A stretch of DNA of 48,623 bases, filler included, from Catajapyx aquilonaris (lineage: Eukaryota), in assembly GCA_000934665.2 (NCBI GenBank). It is 2 parts of 2 records of this genome, joined end to end, with 100 filler letters (N's around TTAATTAATTAA, not from the genome) between each part and the next. Parts side by side here need not be neighbours in the genome. Positions count along the whole stretch, not along the records: positions 1 to 24,178 come from JYFJ02005557.1; 1 more part is not named here. One strand, written 5' to 3'. Positions 10,533 through 20,293 of this stretch are shown piece after piece. Made by a program: the position numbers and the translations under genes. Each line of letters opens with the position of its first letter. The stretch's first letter is position 1. Under the pieces are notes generated by a model. The model was given only the letters and a program-made list of their open reading frames with translations, was not told the origin of the DNA and did not search any database.

Positions 10533-11699
10533 ATGGCAAATAATATGGCAGGACCTGCACACCGCAACACAGAAGATCCGGACGAAAGGGAAGAAGCCCT
10601 ATCGCCTCATACTCATGATGCCAATGAAAGAAGAGTAAGCATTACCGATGAAAGAAGAGTAAGCATTACTGAGGTGATAGAGTTGTTTGATGAAGGCTCA
10701 ATTACATCCCTTCCTACAACTGGGAAGCGAACAAACTGGACCAGGTACCTTGGCCTGCTCTTTGCTGTACTCTCTGCCCTGGCCCTCTCAATCACCTCTG
10801 TACTCGTCAAGCAATTGGACCAAATCCACCCATTCTTGTTGAGTGCATATCGTTTTACAGGAATCCTGCTCCTCCTAATGCCAGCTCTGGTTTTCAGTGC
10901 CAAAAGCCCTGTACCTCAATACATCTTCCCAAAGGGACAGATGCAGCTTCTCCTCATACGTGCTCTAGCTAGTGCCTTTAGGATCATGCTGATGTACTAT
11001 GCCTTTCAACATATGCCTCTGTCAGATGCCTCTGTCATAATATTTAGTGCTCCCATATTTGTCACCATCTTGGCAAGAATATTCCTCAAAGAGAAGTTTG
11101 GAATAATCCATATTGTCTGCATTATCCTCACCTTCATTGGCCTGATACTGAGTACAAGGCCAGTCTTCATATTTGGAGAGAGTGACCAATCAAAGGAAAG
11201 TGGCAAAGGAGTGACTCAGACTTCCTGGCAAGGAATCATAGCTGCAATGGGAAGCACCTTAATGTCCTCAGCACTCTTCATAGTTCTGCGCAAGCTTCAG
11301 CATGTCCCAGTCCTAGTGATCTTGTTTCATCTGGGATACATTGCCATAGTAGTGACCTTTTCTGTGGCCCTGATAGTTACAAACTTGTGCATGCCTGAGT
11401 GTGTTTCGGACCGTCCAAAGATTCTTGCAATAAGCATGCTCAGTTTAGCAGGACAGACATGCATGACATTGTCATTCAAGTGGGAAGAAGCAGGACCAGT
11501 GTCTATTGCACTTACTACTGACATCATTTTTGCTTTTGTCTGGCAAAGTTTATTTTTTAATGATCCCATCACTGTGGAGAGCATCTTTGGTGCAATTCTT
11601 GTGTCTTCCTCTGTTCTTGCAATTGGCCTCAGAAAGTGGGTGGCTTCACTCCCACCAAGTTCATCACGAAGGCGAAAGTTGTCTTGGCTGATGAGGTAA
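10533..11699 (+). CDS. SLC35G1: SLC35G1-like transporter, paralog 4 (388 aa, intronless CDS)
   Basis: Intact ORF; motifs YYAFQHMPLSDASVIIFSAPIF, TRPVFIFG, IVLRKL, KWEEAGPVSIALT. Probable 5'-UTR splice acceptor TGTTTATTTGCAG ending 10421. Confidence 0.9.
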   Translation: MANNMAGPAHRNTEDPDEREEALSPHTHDANERRVSITDERRVSITEVIELFDEGSITSLPTTGKRTNWTRYLGLLFAVLSALALSITSVLVKQLDQIHPFLLSAYRFTGILLLLMPALVFSAKSPVPQYIFPKGQMQLLLIRALASAFRIMLMYYAFQHMPLSDASVIIFSAPIFVTILARIFLKEKFGIIHIVCIILTFIGLILSTRPVFIFGESDQSKESGKGVTQTSWQGIIAAMGSTLMSSALFIVLRKLQHVPVLVILFHLGYIAIVVTFSVALIVTNLCMPECVSDRPKILAISMLSLAGQTCMTLSFKWEEAGPVSIALTTDIIFAFVWQSLFFNDPITVESIFGAILVSSSVLAIGLRKWVASLPPSSSRRRKLSWLMR

Positions 11700-11997
11700 T
11701 AAGAAGAATGTGCCAAATTCTAATATTTTTACAATGTAATGCTTTTAAAATGACACTAGCATGGAAAATAAATGTTGTTACAGAAAATAACACAATGCAT
11801 GTAATAACTCAAGAACCTAAGAAGAATACCATATTGTAATATTACACTATGTGGCACACATAGTTGCCACTCTTGCCAGACACTAAATCAACTACAGTAG
11901 AACCCCAATTATTTGACCGCGGAATATCCACCTTCTCGGCATATCTGACCATCCTGCTTTCTGCTCCAGTATGTAGAACAGCACTACTACTTCAACA

Positions 11998-12260
11998 GGG
12001 CGACACGGTGGCCGAGTGGTTATTGCCACAGCCTTCCACCTCTAAGGTCCCGAGTTCGATCCTCGGGTCGGACGGAGGATACTTATGTGGATAGAGTTTT
12101 GATGGGTTCTCGCCGTGTTCTCATGGATTTTCTCGGGGTTCCCCCATTTCTTCCCATAATCAAAATCCATCACAGCGCAGGCAATGATAAAAGTCTGTTA
12201 TTTAAAAAATTATCCCCTACGAGGTCCAAGGAGGCCTATCACAGGGTATCCATTATTATT
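11998..12260 (+). mobile_element. tRNA-derived SINE (family B) with V-domain-like body
   Basis: GGGCGACACGGTGGCCGAGTGG (A box), GAGTTCGATCC (B box), (ATT)n tail. Exact 15-bp TSD ACTACTACTTCAACA at 11983-11997 and 12261-12275. Confidence 0.9.
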
Positions 12261-12424
12261 ACTACTACTTCAACACCTATGGACATTTTGTGGCTAAATA
12301 AGTGGAGAGACTTAAGAGGCAAGGCTAGGATGTCGTCATTAAAATGGAAAGATGTTAGACTTTTTTTTACCAGAAATAAATCTTACGTTTTCTCATCAAA
12401 TACTACTGTATAATACACTCTATT

Positions 12425-12755
12425 GGGGAGGTGTAGATGGCCGTGATGGTAACGTCTCGGCTTGCTGAGTGAAAGGCCCCAGGTTCGATTCCCGCCTGGG
12501 GAACTTTCCCTTCACCTGCGTCAGGAGGGTCTCTGACCTGCACCAAGGAGGTGTCTGGCAACCTAACCTCCTGGGGGACAGCACATGACCCCTTTACCGA
12601 CATTGCACTTGCACCAATGTTCCCGCCCCAAAATCCCTACCCCTACCCTACATCCTAGACTCCTTGCACCGGTGTATGAAGTTAAACGGAGAGAAAATGG
12701 TGGTATCCCACCCCCCTAAAAAAGCTAAGCCTTATCACGGGGTAACGTAAAAAAA
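12425..12755 (+). mobile_element. tRNA-derived SINE (family C), copy 1
   Basis: A-box-like TGGCCGTGATGG, B box GGTTCGATTCC, poly-A tail. 13-bp TSD AATACACTCTATT at 12412-12424 and 12756-12768. Second copy at 42925-43271 (-). Confidence 0.9.
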
Positions 12756-13066
12756 AATACACTCTATTTACTACACATGTCTTTTGTTTTGTGCTGCCTT
12801 AGATAAATTATAAATACAGTACAGTAGTTGACTGTGTATGTAAAAGATAAACACTTCATTATTTCTTGGAAAACAATAAAACAATATTTCATGTTATACG
12901 AGAAGTTCCCGTTTTACACCATTAATTGGTTCCAGCAAAACGCGGTGTAAAGTGAATCGGTATAAAACGAGACAAAATTATAATGTAAGTAAATGAGATC
13001 CTGATAGGTTCCAAAATTTCTAAAAATTTTCCATAGGCAGTAGCCTACTAATATTGATGTTTTTAA

Positions 13067-14522
13067 AAAAACAAAAAAACAACAACACCATCACGACATT
13101 TCCCTATAAGGGGTAGTCAGCAATGACGGGAGTCACAAGCTAACCCAAAATATGAACTAAATTAAAACTTGTAAAAATCAGCTTATAAACAACCCATCCG
13201 GCCCCCCACCCCTGCCCATCTCAGACGACAAACTTTCAATATTAAATTTTCAATTTAAATATTACACGACTATGCAACACGGTACTTGAGAATTCNCCCC
13301 TCCCCTGGAAGAGGAATCAGCAACTGTTAAATTCCTCCCAGTGACTAGAATATTCTCCTCCAAACGACCAGAACACCCACAGGCCAGCGAGAAGAACCAG
13401 CACACAGAAATCCACACCCGAACTCCAAGCGTTGTGCAGGACAGAGAGAGAGGCAGACACCCTTGCAAGCCTGACACCGGTGTCAACCTATGCATTACTG
13501 TGCAAGAGATATTTGCCAAACTTGTAGTTCTGCACAGCACCTAGAGCCCGAGAATGAACTTCCAGATGCCGACTCCTCCCACCAACCTGCAAACTTTCTA
13601 TAGCCATTTGGAAAAATTCAATAGACACTGCCATTCCTCACAAACCCTTGAATATTCTACCCATTAATTAACCTACTATCCAAACAAACAACCTTAGCTT
13701 CAGCCACGTCCATGGTCCTATTGACACATGAACGTCTCGGCTTAACACTAGCAACACCCTTAAGACACTGACCCACCTGGTCCAAAGATGTCTTCCTAGG
13801 CCTCCCCTTGCCCCTCTTACCAACTACTCCACCCAAATAAACCTTATCACAATCTCCTCCTCCTTCATCCTCTCAACATGGCCAAACCACCTTAGAGTAG
13901 ACCTACACACCTTATCTTTAACAGTCTCCTTAACATTACACCTCTGCAAAATCTCCTCATTCCTAATCCTATCCAACTTGGTGACCCCACAAACAGCCCG
14001 GAGATAACTCATCTCTGTAGCCAACACCCTACTCTTATGCCTATCTGACCAAACCCATGCTTCACTACCATACATAAGTGAAGGAACAATAATGTGAGAA
14101 TAGACAGACAACCTACAGACAAAAGATAAGTCCTTATTTCTAGAAAACTTACTTGTGGCACCTATCACCTTCAACCCAGAACTAACTCTCCTATCCCCAT
14201 CCATTCTACCATTACTCTCAAGGACACTACCCAGGTATACAAACTGGTTGACCTGCTCAACCAGTTTTCCTGTACCTGCAACATACAAGGAGAAACCTCC
14301 TGTCCTCTCTCAAATACCAATACCTTAGTCTTATCTACGTTAATCCTCATACCCCTCTTTTCACAAACTGAAACATTATCTAACTTGCATAGGATCAACT
14401 GTAAATCAGCCTCACTCTCCACCAGAAGGGCAGAATCATCTGCATACAGCAAGTGACTAACTAACTCATCACCAAACTGCACTCCTACACCTTCAACCAT
14501 CGCTCCCCTTACACATGCATCA
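13067..14522 (-). mobile_element. 5'-truncated, frameshifted RTE-clade LINE
   Basis: RT motif HLLYADDSALL, then INVDKTKV, FVYLGS, YGSEAW, LRWFGHVERM and GRPRK, typical of RTE ORF C-termini, split over frames. ~600-bp 3' UTR ending in (GTT)/T-rich tail. 10-bp TSD ATGTTTTTAA at 13057-13066 and 14523-14532. Confidence 0.92.
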
Positions 14523-15510
14523 ATGTTTTTAATGCCGAAAATTTGAAACATTGATTAATGGGAGGTTCCAGGTTGAGGGCCACTGGGTTTTGAAGGCACC
14601 TTTCCTTATTTTGGCAAGAACTGCAGTACACCTTGGGTATTTAAAACGGTTCGAGAACTTCCGGGGGGGGGGGGGGGGGGNCCAACAATACAGTACTGTA
14701 TATTATATCGATAAAACCTGCCACAAGGCAGAGCATTTACAATATAGTTGTGTGTTTGGACTCACAACCAAAGTAACTCTTCTTACCCTCTTGAATTTTG
14801 AAATTTTTTGGATTTTCTAATTCTGCTTGGCCTACAGTGTCGAGAAAACATCACCTCCGCTGCTAATTTCCATGTTATCAAATGTGAAAGTACAGCCAAA
14901 AGTCGATATTCCGAAGCCACAACACCTGCATCCGGTCATGAGTCGCCGGTCCCGGCCCCCAGTCGTGGTCTCCTTTCACCGCGTCTGTAGCTCTCTCCAG
15001 TGCCGTGGAGGAGCAGGGTCATCTCGCACACATTTAAGTCGAAGGTGATTATAATAATGGCGAGCCAGGACTCCAAGGCTCTCCATTATTATAAGCGCTT
15101 TCGACTTCAAAGCGGGGGGGTTATTGTTGTCGCAGGTTACTTGACTATTGTAATAGGATGTCACGACCCGGGAAAGGTTGGGAACCACTGCACTAACCAA
15201 TGAGTTACCAGTGGGTTTATGTACACGTTTTTTTACACATAATGTTGTGATGAACTGTAACGCATGCATCATTAGAAAAAACGTGATAACCATGGCATTG
15301 CCTGGGAAGCAATATGTTGCCAATGTTTACAGTGCACATCCTCATTGTTGATACACACAGATATACATATTTTAAAGAAGCCATTTACTCATGTATCAAT
15401 CACTTCTGGAAGGATTTTTCCTGTTTCCCTTCACTGACATTGAATGGTAAGTACTCATACTTCTCTCTCATACTTCATCACTCTCTTCCTTGTCATGTCC
15501 TACACAATTG

Positions 15511-16244
15511 CAGGTAGACCTCATTTTACGACGTTTCATATTTATTAACGATGGTACCTTTTCAAAATTACCTTCAAAAAAAGAAAAATATGAAAGAAAA
15601 AATGGAAAAAAATCGTAATATTAACACAAAATAACTGATTCCAAACACACTGTAGCTGTTTCCTTGGCTTTTCATGGTGCATTGCTGGCAGGTCTATACA
15701 CAGGGTGAACTCACGGACAATCGCCAGATAGACTGATGGTACTCATAAAACTAATATAGGGATGTGCAATTAGTTTTGGGTGCCAGTGCGTAGTTAATGC
15801 TTACGGTGCCGTCAAAGTTTCATGACGTCACATCCGTTCCGCCAGCTATAAAGAAACAAAAGCCAGCTTGAGGGACTCCAAACAATCCAGCCTTGGGTCC
15901 GTAACACATCGCCCATGTGCAATAGGTGAACAAATCCTGCCAAAGTAAGAATCTGGGTACGACACCCATGCACTTGTCATTTTTGCCTTATATTTTACCA
16001 TCCAGCACCCTACACTTTGAAGGCACTGTACGCATTTACTACATATCGGCGCCCAAAACTAATTGCATATCCCTATATTAGTTTTACGAGTATTATAAGT
16101 CTACCTGGCGATTGTCCACAAGTTTCCCTTCACCCTGTATACAGTAACTTATACGCAGCAACGCAGGTATTCCTAATTATGCAACTTTTCAATTCACGAC
16201 AATTTTTCTGGAACCTAACACCCTTGTAAAACATGGCCTACCTA
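15511..16244. mobile_element. decayed pogo/Tigger-like MITE hosting a mariner-type MITE
   Basis: Left end CAGGTAGACCTCATTTTACG versus reverse complement of right end TAGGTAGGCCATGTTTTACA; TA after the right end. TIRs imperfect. Confidence 0.45.
15701..16137. mobile_element. mariner-type MITE with ~120-bp TIRs
   Basis: CAGGGTG...CACCCTG termini; arms match (AAAACTAATATAGGGATGTGCAATTAGTTTTGGG vs CCCAAAACTAATTGCATATCCCTATATTAGTTTT); TATACA on both flanks. Confidence 0.85.
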
Positions 16245-16304
16245 TACTGACAGTGAGTGTCCTTTGAATAGCCAAAAGTGGAATATCATAATTATAAACA
16301 TCAT

Positions 16305-16420
16305 TTTGGTTGTTTTTAGGTTTATTCTCATGAGTTTTATTAGTTCATATGTTGGGTTAGCTTGCGTCTCCCTTCATCGCTGACTACCCCTCATAGGGAA
16401 ATGTCGTGATGTTGTTGTTG
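16305..16420 (+). mobile_element. 116-bp 3'-end-only copy of the RTE LINE
   Basis: GGGTTAGCTTGCGTCTCCCTTCATCGCTGACTACCCCTCATAGGGAAATGTCGTGATG(TTG)n matches the LINE 3' terminus. Exact 12-bp TSD TATAAACATCAT at 16293-16304 and 16421-16432. Confidence 0.88.
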
Positions 16421-16989
16421 TATAAACATCATCACAATGCTACAGTGAATCATATAAAATGAAATGCATCTATCAAGGAGCCTGGGTACCCTGGAAACTT
16501 GCTTTGTATGGAACTTGAGAAGTTATTTTCAGTGGTTTCCTATTGCTCTAGTGAACCCATTGCCAAAACTGAGCAAAATTGATAATCATCATATCTGTTT
16601 ATCTGGGGTGAATCATTGCCTGAATTCACCCACCACCAATAAGAAGTCCGAGCAGTACACTGCCCCTTGCATAGGTAGTGCATCATCCCTCTCACCTCAC
16701 TCCTGTCACTGTCAGGGTCACGTGAGGGGTAGCAATACTATGTGGACAGGTTGGTGGTGGTGGCTGAATTGAGGTGATGACTGACCCCAGATAAACTGAC
16801 AGACATAGCTGATTATTAGTAGTATGATAATAATAGATACATGGTCAGTCCAGCTTTGGGAAAAGGAGAGAAACTATATGCAAGTTTTACTGCATCAAGT
16901 TTTGAGGAAGTCAATGACACCTAAACTAAACAAGTGCATCCAATGGTAAAGTACATGGCACTACAGATATCAGTAACAGATATAGTGCA

Positions 16990-17255
16990 TGATCTCATTA
17001 CAAGGTGTGCAACATGGACCTTTATGATACCAGAGGATAAACAAAGGAACCTCTTTACGAAAAGCCTGGGTCCATGGGTGAGTGGGAAAGGGTGTGCAAG
17101 ATGAAAGGCTTGGCCATTTTGTGAGTTCCCTTGCGTGGTTCATCTCAAGGAATCCCACACGAGAAAAAGCCAGAGACAGCCCAACTCCACACAAGATGAA
17201 AGGAGGGAAAGCTCAAGCTTGAGATTGAGGCCGTGACCACTACATCCATGTGCAC
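16990..17255 (-). mobile_element. possible old SINE remnant
   Basis: Minus strand begins GTGCACATGGATGTAGTGGTCACGG (A-box-like) followed by TGTGTGGAGTT; no clear B box or TSD. Confidence 0.3.
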
Positions 17256-17993
17256 ATATATTACCAGTTTACCACAATGCCACACTGCCTCCCCTGCAGA
17301 TGTCAGTATGTGGCTTCAAAATATGCTTGACCTCATTTAATTTTCTGATAATGTCCTCTCATTTCCTAATAATATTGAAGTCATATGATTATTCCCATAC
17401 ATCAGTGCAGGGTTACATTATTTATACAAAATGATTCTATCCCTCTGGAAAAATATGCCCATAAACGAGATTTGTTAATTTAGTGTTTATTGTCATTGAT
17501 TACCACTGAGAGGAGGTAGGGTTGAATTGGAAGCAGGGGTCGCGAATTTTACAAGACGATTTTCTGGGGTTGTTAACGAAAATGATTGGGAAGCACCGAA
17601 GCACCGCTATACATACATGTCTTTAGCAAAGTCTCTCCATTCCACAAAAACTATCGAGACTGAACAGGTATCTAGATTAGAAAAAAGAAAGAAAAGAAAT
17701 AAAGAAATTACTGCATTTGGAACAAACCAAAGTTCTTCTGTGGTCAAGTTTCCACTGTACATAGGATGCATAGTAGACAGGTTATCCTGCATTGCATTAG
17801 GTAGACGGCAATTACTCTGAAAACGGCAGGTGGGTGAGTGGTAAGGGGTCATGATAGGTATCAAAATTAACACATAATTTGTTTCTTGCAAGAAGCTGCA
17901 GCCAGTGTCTATTATGGGATAAAATTCTGTATTGCAAAAAGAGGCACAAGCCATCAGTAGCGAAACTATCTTCAGTTCCTGGTGGTCAAGACA

Positions 17994-20293
17994 ATGACGA
18001 TGACAAACCAAAACCAATCAAACACAACACTAAAAACCCAGGAAAGTGCTTTTGGCCTGATTTCATGCCACAGCATTGCAGAGAGACTGCATATGACCGA
18101 ACCTTCACGCACCTTCATCTACCCTTACATCGACTCAGTGGAAGTGCTTGAGTTTGCACCCAAGGATGTTGACGTAATATCTGTCAAGACAATTGAACAC
18201 TCCCTTTCATACTCTTCATTTACGTCTGTCCTAGGGAAGAGGAGGAGGTTTCTAGGATTAATCTGCGCAGTGTTGTCAAGCTTTGTGTTCTCTCTGACAT
18301 CAGTCATTGTCAGATACCTGACACATATCAGCCCACATCAGCTTGCTGCACTTCGCTTCATTATCATCATGATTCCAACCTTACCAATGCTGGCATACAA
18401 TGCAAAACAACCATTTCTGCAATATATTTTTCCGAAGAAGAAATTCTGGCTGCTATTTCTTCGCGCAGTGGCTGGTGCCTTCATTGTCATGCTGGAATAC
18501 TACTCATTTCAGGTCAGTATATTACAGAAGTGTTACTCCACATGTGTTTGTGCATGCAGTCCATTTTCTTTAATAATGGGAGCTTCACATTTACAAATTC
18601 TCTGATTTAATGGCATTAATTTCACCGTCAAATTACATCTTCCCACCAATGATAACAATTAAACTAATACTAAAACACTACCAACAGTGCGGAAAACGAA
18701 ACGACGATCTGACATCATAATTTTGTTCTCATGGAACAATGGGCGTAACTTATGGTTGACACTGTTTACTCATATTGTTGTGTGACGATGATGTCAGATT
18801 GTCGTTTCGTTTTCCGCACAGTATGTCAGACCCCAAATTTCAATGCTGGGCCTACAGGTCAGAATATATTCAATGTGGAGATTCTGTTTCCTAAAAATTA
18901 GAGATGAAAAAATAGCATAAGTGATGTAAGCCTAGCCTTTTATCTCTGAAGCCCTATGTTTGATCCTTGGGTCCAAGTATACAGGGTGTAGGCTGTAATT
19001 CGGGACAGACTTGTAGGGGTAATAGACCAAGACAAATATTTTTCACATAGGAACCCATGTCCACCATCTAGAGGGGGACAATAGACATGGAATGGGTATG
19101 CTTAGATGCGTCAGGCAGGAGACGCTAGACAAGCAGACCATTTAGTTGCTAGGTGGCAATCGGACAGTATACAATGGCGTGATGTGCAGTAACCTGGCCA
19201 AAACAAAGCCATTGTTTACTATCCTCAGACTACCTAGAAAGTGGGCTTTACTTGCTAGGTGCACACAAAGAGTTCTGCTATAATATACAGGGTGTAATTG
19301 AATCGATCAGTGAGGCCTGTACCCATGGCTTAATTGTCACTGTGTCAGAATTATGGCAACACGACCATAAAGGCCCCGCGCCATATTGTCACAGGGACAA
19401 GAAGTCCAAGCGCTTAATTGTCACCAGAGGATCATGTTATGTAGAGGAGTCATTACGTCTGGGCAGCCTCATTACTGAGATAATTATTGATCATTTACAA
19501 TTTAGCAATTGGGCCTAAGAGTGATTGTCAAATAGCAGTGTCAATGTCAGTGCTGGTGTGTGCCATGCGACAAACATGCAAAAACACGCTTCTTGTAAAA
19601 TTAATGTATCTCTACTCATTTCAGGAGATGCAATTGGCTGATGCCACTGTGATACAGTTCAGTGTGCCCATATTTGTGATTGTGTTAGCACGGTTCTTCC
19701 TGCAAGAGACATGTGGTGTGATCAACATTGCTTGCATCATACTCACCTTCCTTGGACTGCTGCTAATTGCAAGGCCCAGCTTCATGTTTAGCTCTCCTAA
19801 CAACAAGCCACCCAAATGGGAAGGAGTAGCGGCTGCATTTGCTGGAACCATTTTCAGCTCTGGAGCGTACATCATTCTTAGGAAGCTGCGGAGTGTCCCA
19901 GCAGAAGTTGTGGTGCTCCATTTGGTGGCTGTCGCCATGGTGATTGCGGGTGGGATCCTTTCAGCTCAACTGATGGAGCTGTGCATGCCTGGATGCTACA
20001 TCGACAGGCTTTTGCTGCTAGCTTTAGGACTTCTTAGTTTTGCAGGCCAACTCTTTCTCACCCTAGCCCTCAAGTGGGAAGAGGCAGGTCCAGTGTCCAT
20101 AGTACGAACAACCAATATATTATTTGCATTTGCGTGGCAAGCGTGGATCTTCCATGAAGTTCCCAGCGTCTTGACCATTGTAGGAGCATTCCTTGTAACA
20201 TCTTCAGTTCTGGCTGTTGGCATGGTCAAGTGGCTAACAAGACTACCCAGGGAATCAGCAGCAAGGCATTGGCTGGGATGGATGCTCAAGTAG
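17994..20293 (+). CDS. SLC35G1: SLC35G1-like transporter, paralog 5 (two coding exons: 17994-18512, 19625-20293; ~395 aa)
   Basis: Exon 1 ends ...YYSFQ at CAG|GTCAGT (18512/18513); exon 2 starts TTTCAG|GAG (19624/19625) EMQLADATVI. The phase-0 join reconstitutes the contiguous YYAFQxMxLADA motif of the paralogs. Start could be ATG 17994, 18000 or 18093. Confidence 0.88.
18500..19625 (+). other. 1112-bp GT-AG intron (18513-19624) flanked by exact 14-bp direct repeat
   Basis: CTACTCATTTCAGG at 18500-18513 and 19612-19625; both splice junctions fall at the CAG|G inside the repeat copies. Confidence 0.88.
18685..18821. mobile_element. 137-bp MITE inside the paralog-5 intron
   Basis: ~34-bp TIR CAGTGCGGAAAACGAAACGACGATCTGACATCAT / ATGATGTCAGATTGTCGTTTCGTTTTCCGCACAG (2 mismatches); TA on the right flank, AA on the left. 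Confidence 0.85.

Larger units (their letters stand above)
11895..12890. mobile_element. Tc1/mariner-pogo (Tigger-like) non-autonomous element, left part, interrupted by two SINEs
   Basis: TA|CAGTAGAACCCCAATTAT terminus. Internal segments (GTTTTCTCATCAAATACT ~12387; TGTGTATGTAAAAGATAAACACTTCATTATTTCTT ~12833) match the uninterrupted copy at 43543-43845. Right TIR not found. Confidence 0.65.

Noticed and set aside
14663..14681. Poly-G run as a G-quadruplex element
   Set aside because: Abuts an N; likely unreliable homopolymer or contig join.
18982..19300. TA-CAGGGTG mariner-like ends in the paralog-5 intron as the intron-creating element
   Set aside because: Internal to the intron, both in the same orientation and far from the 14-bp repeats; probably later fragments.
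19487..19624. N-terminal extension of ORF 19487-20293 as a separate gene
   Set aside because: Intronic read-through upstream of the acceptor at 19624; the true 5' half is 17994-18512.
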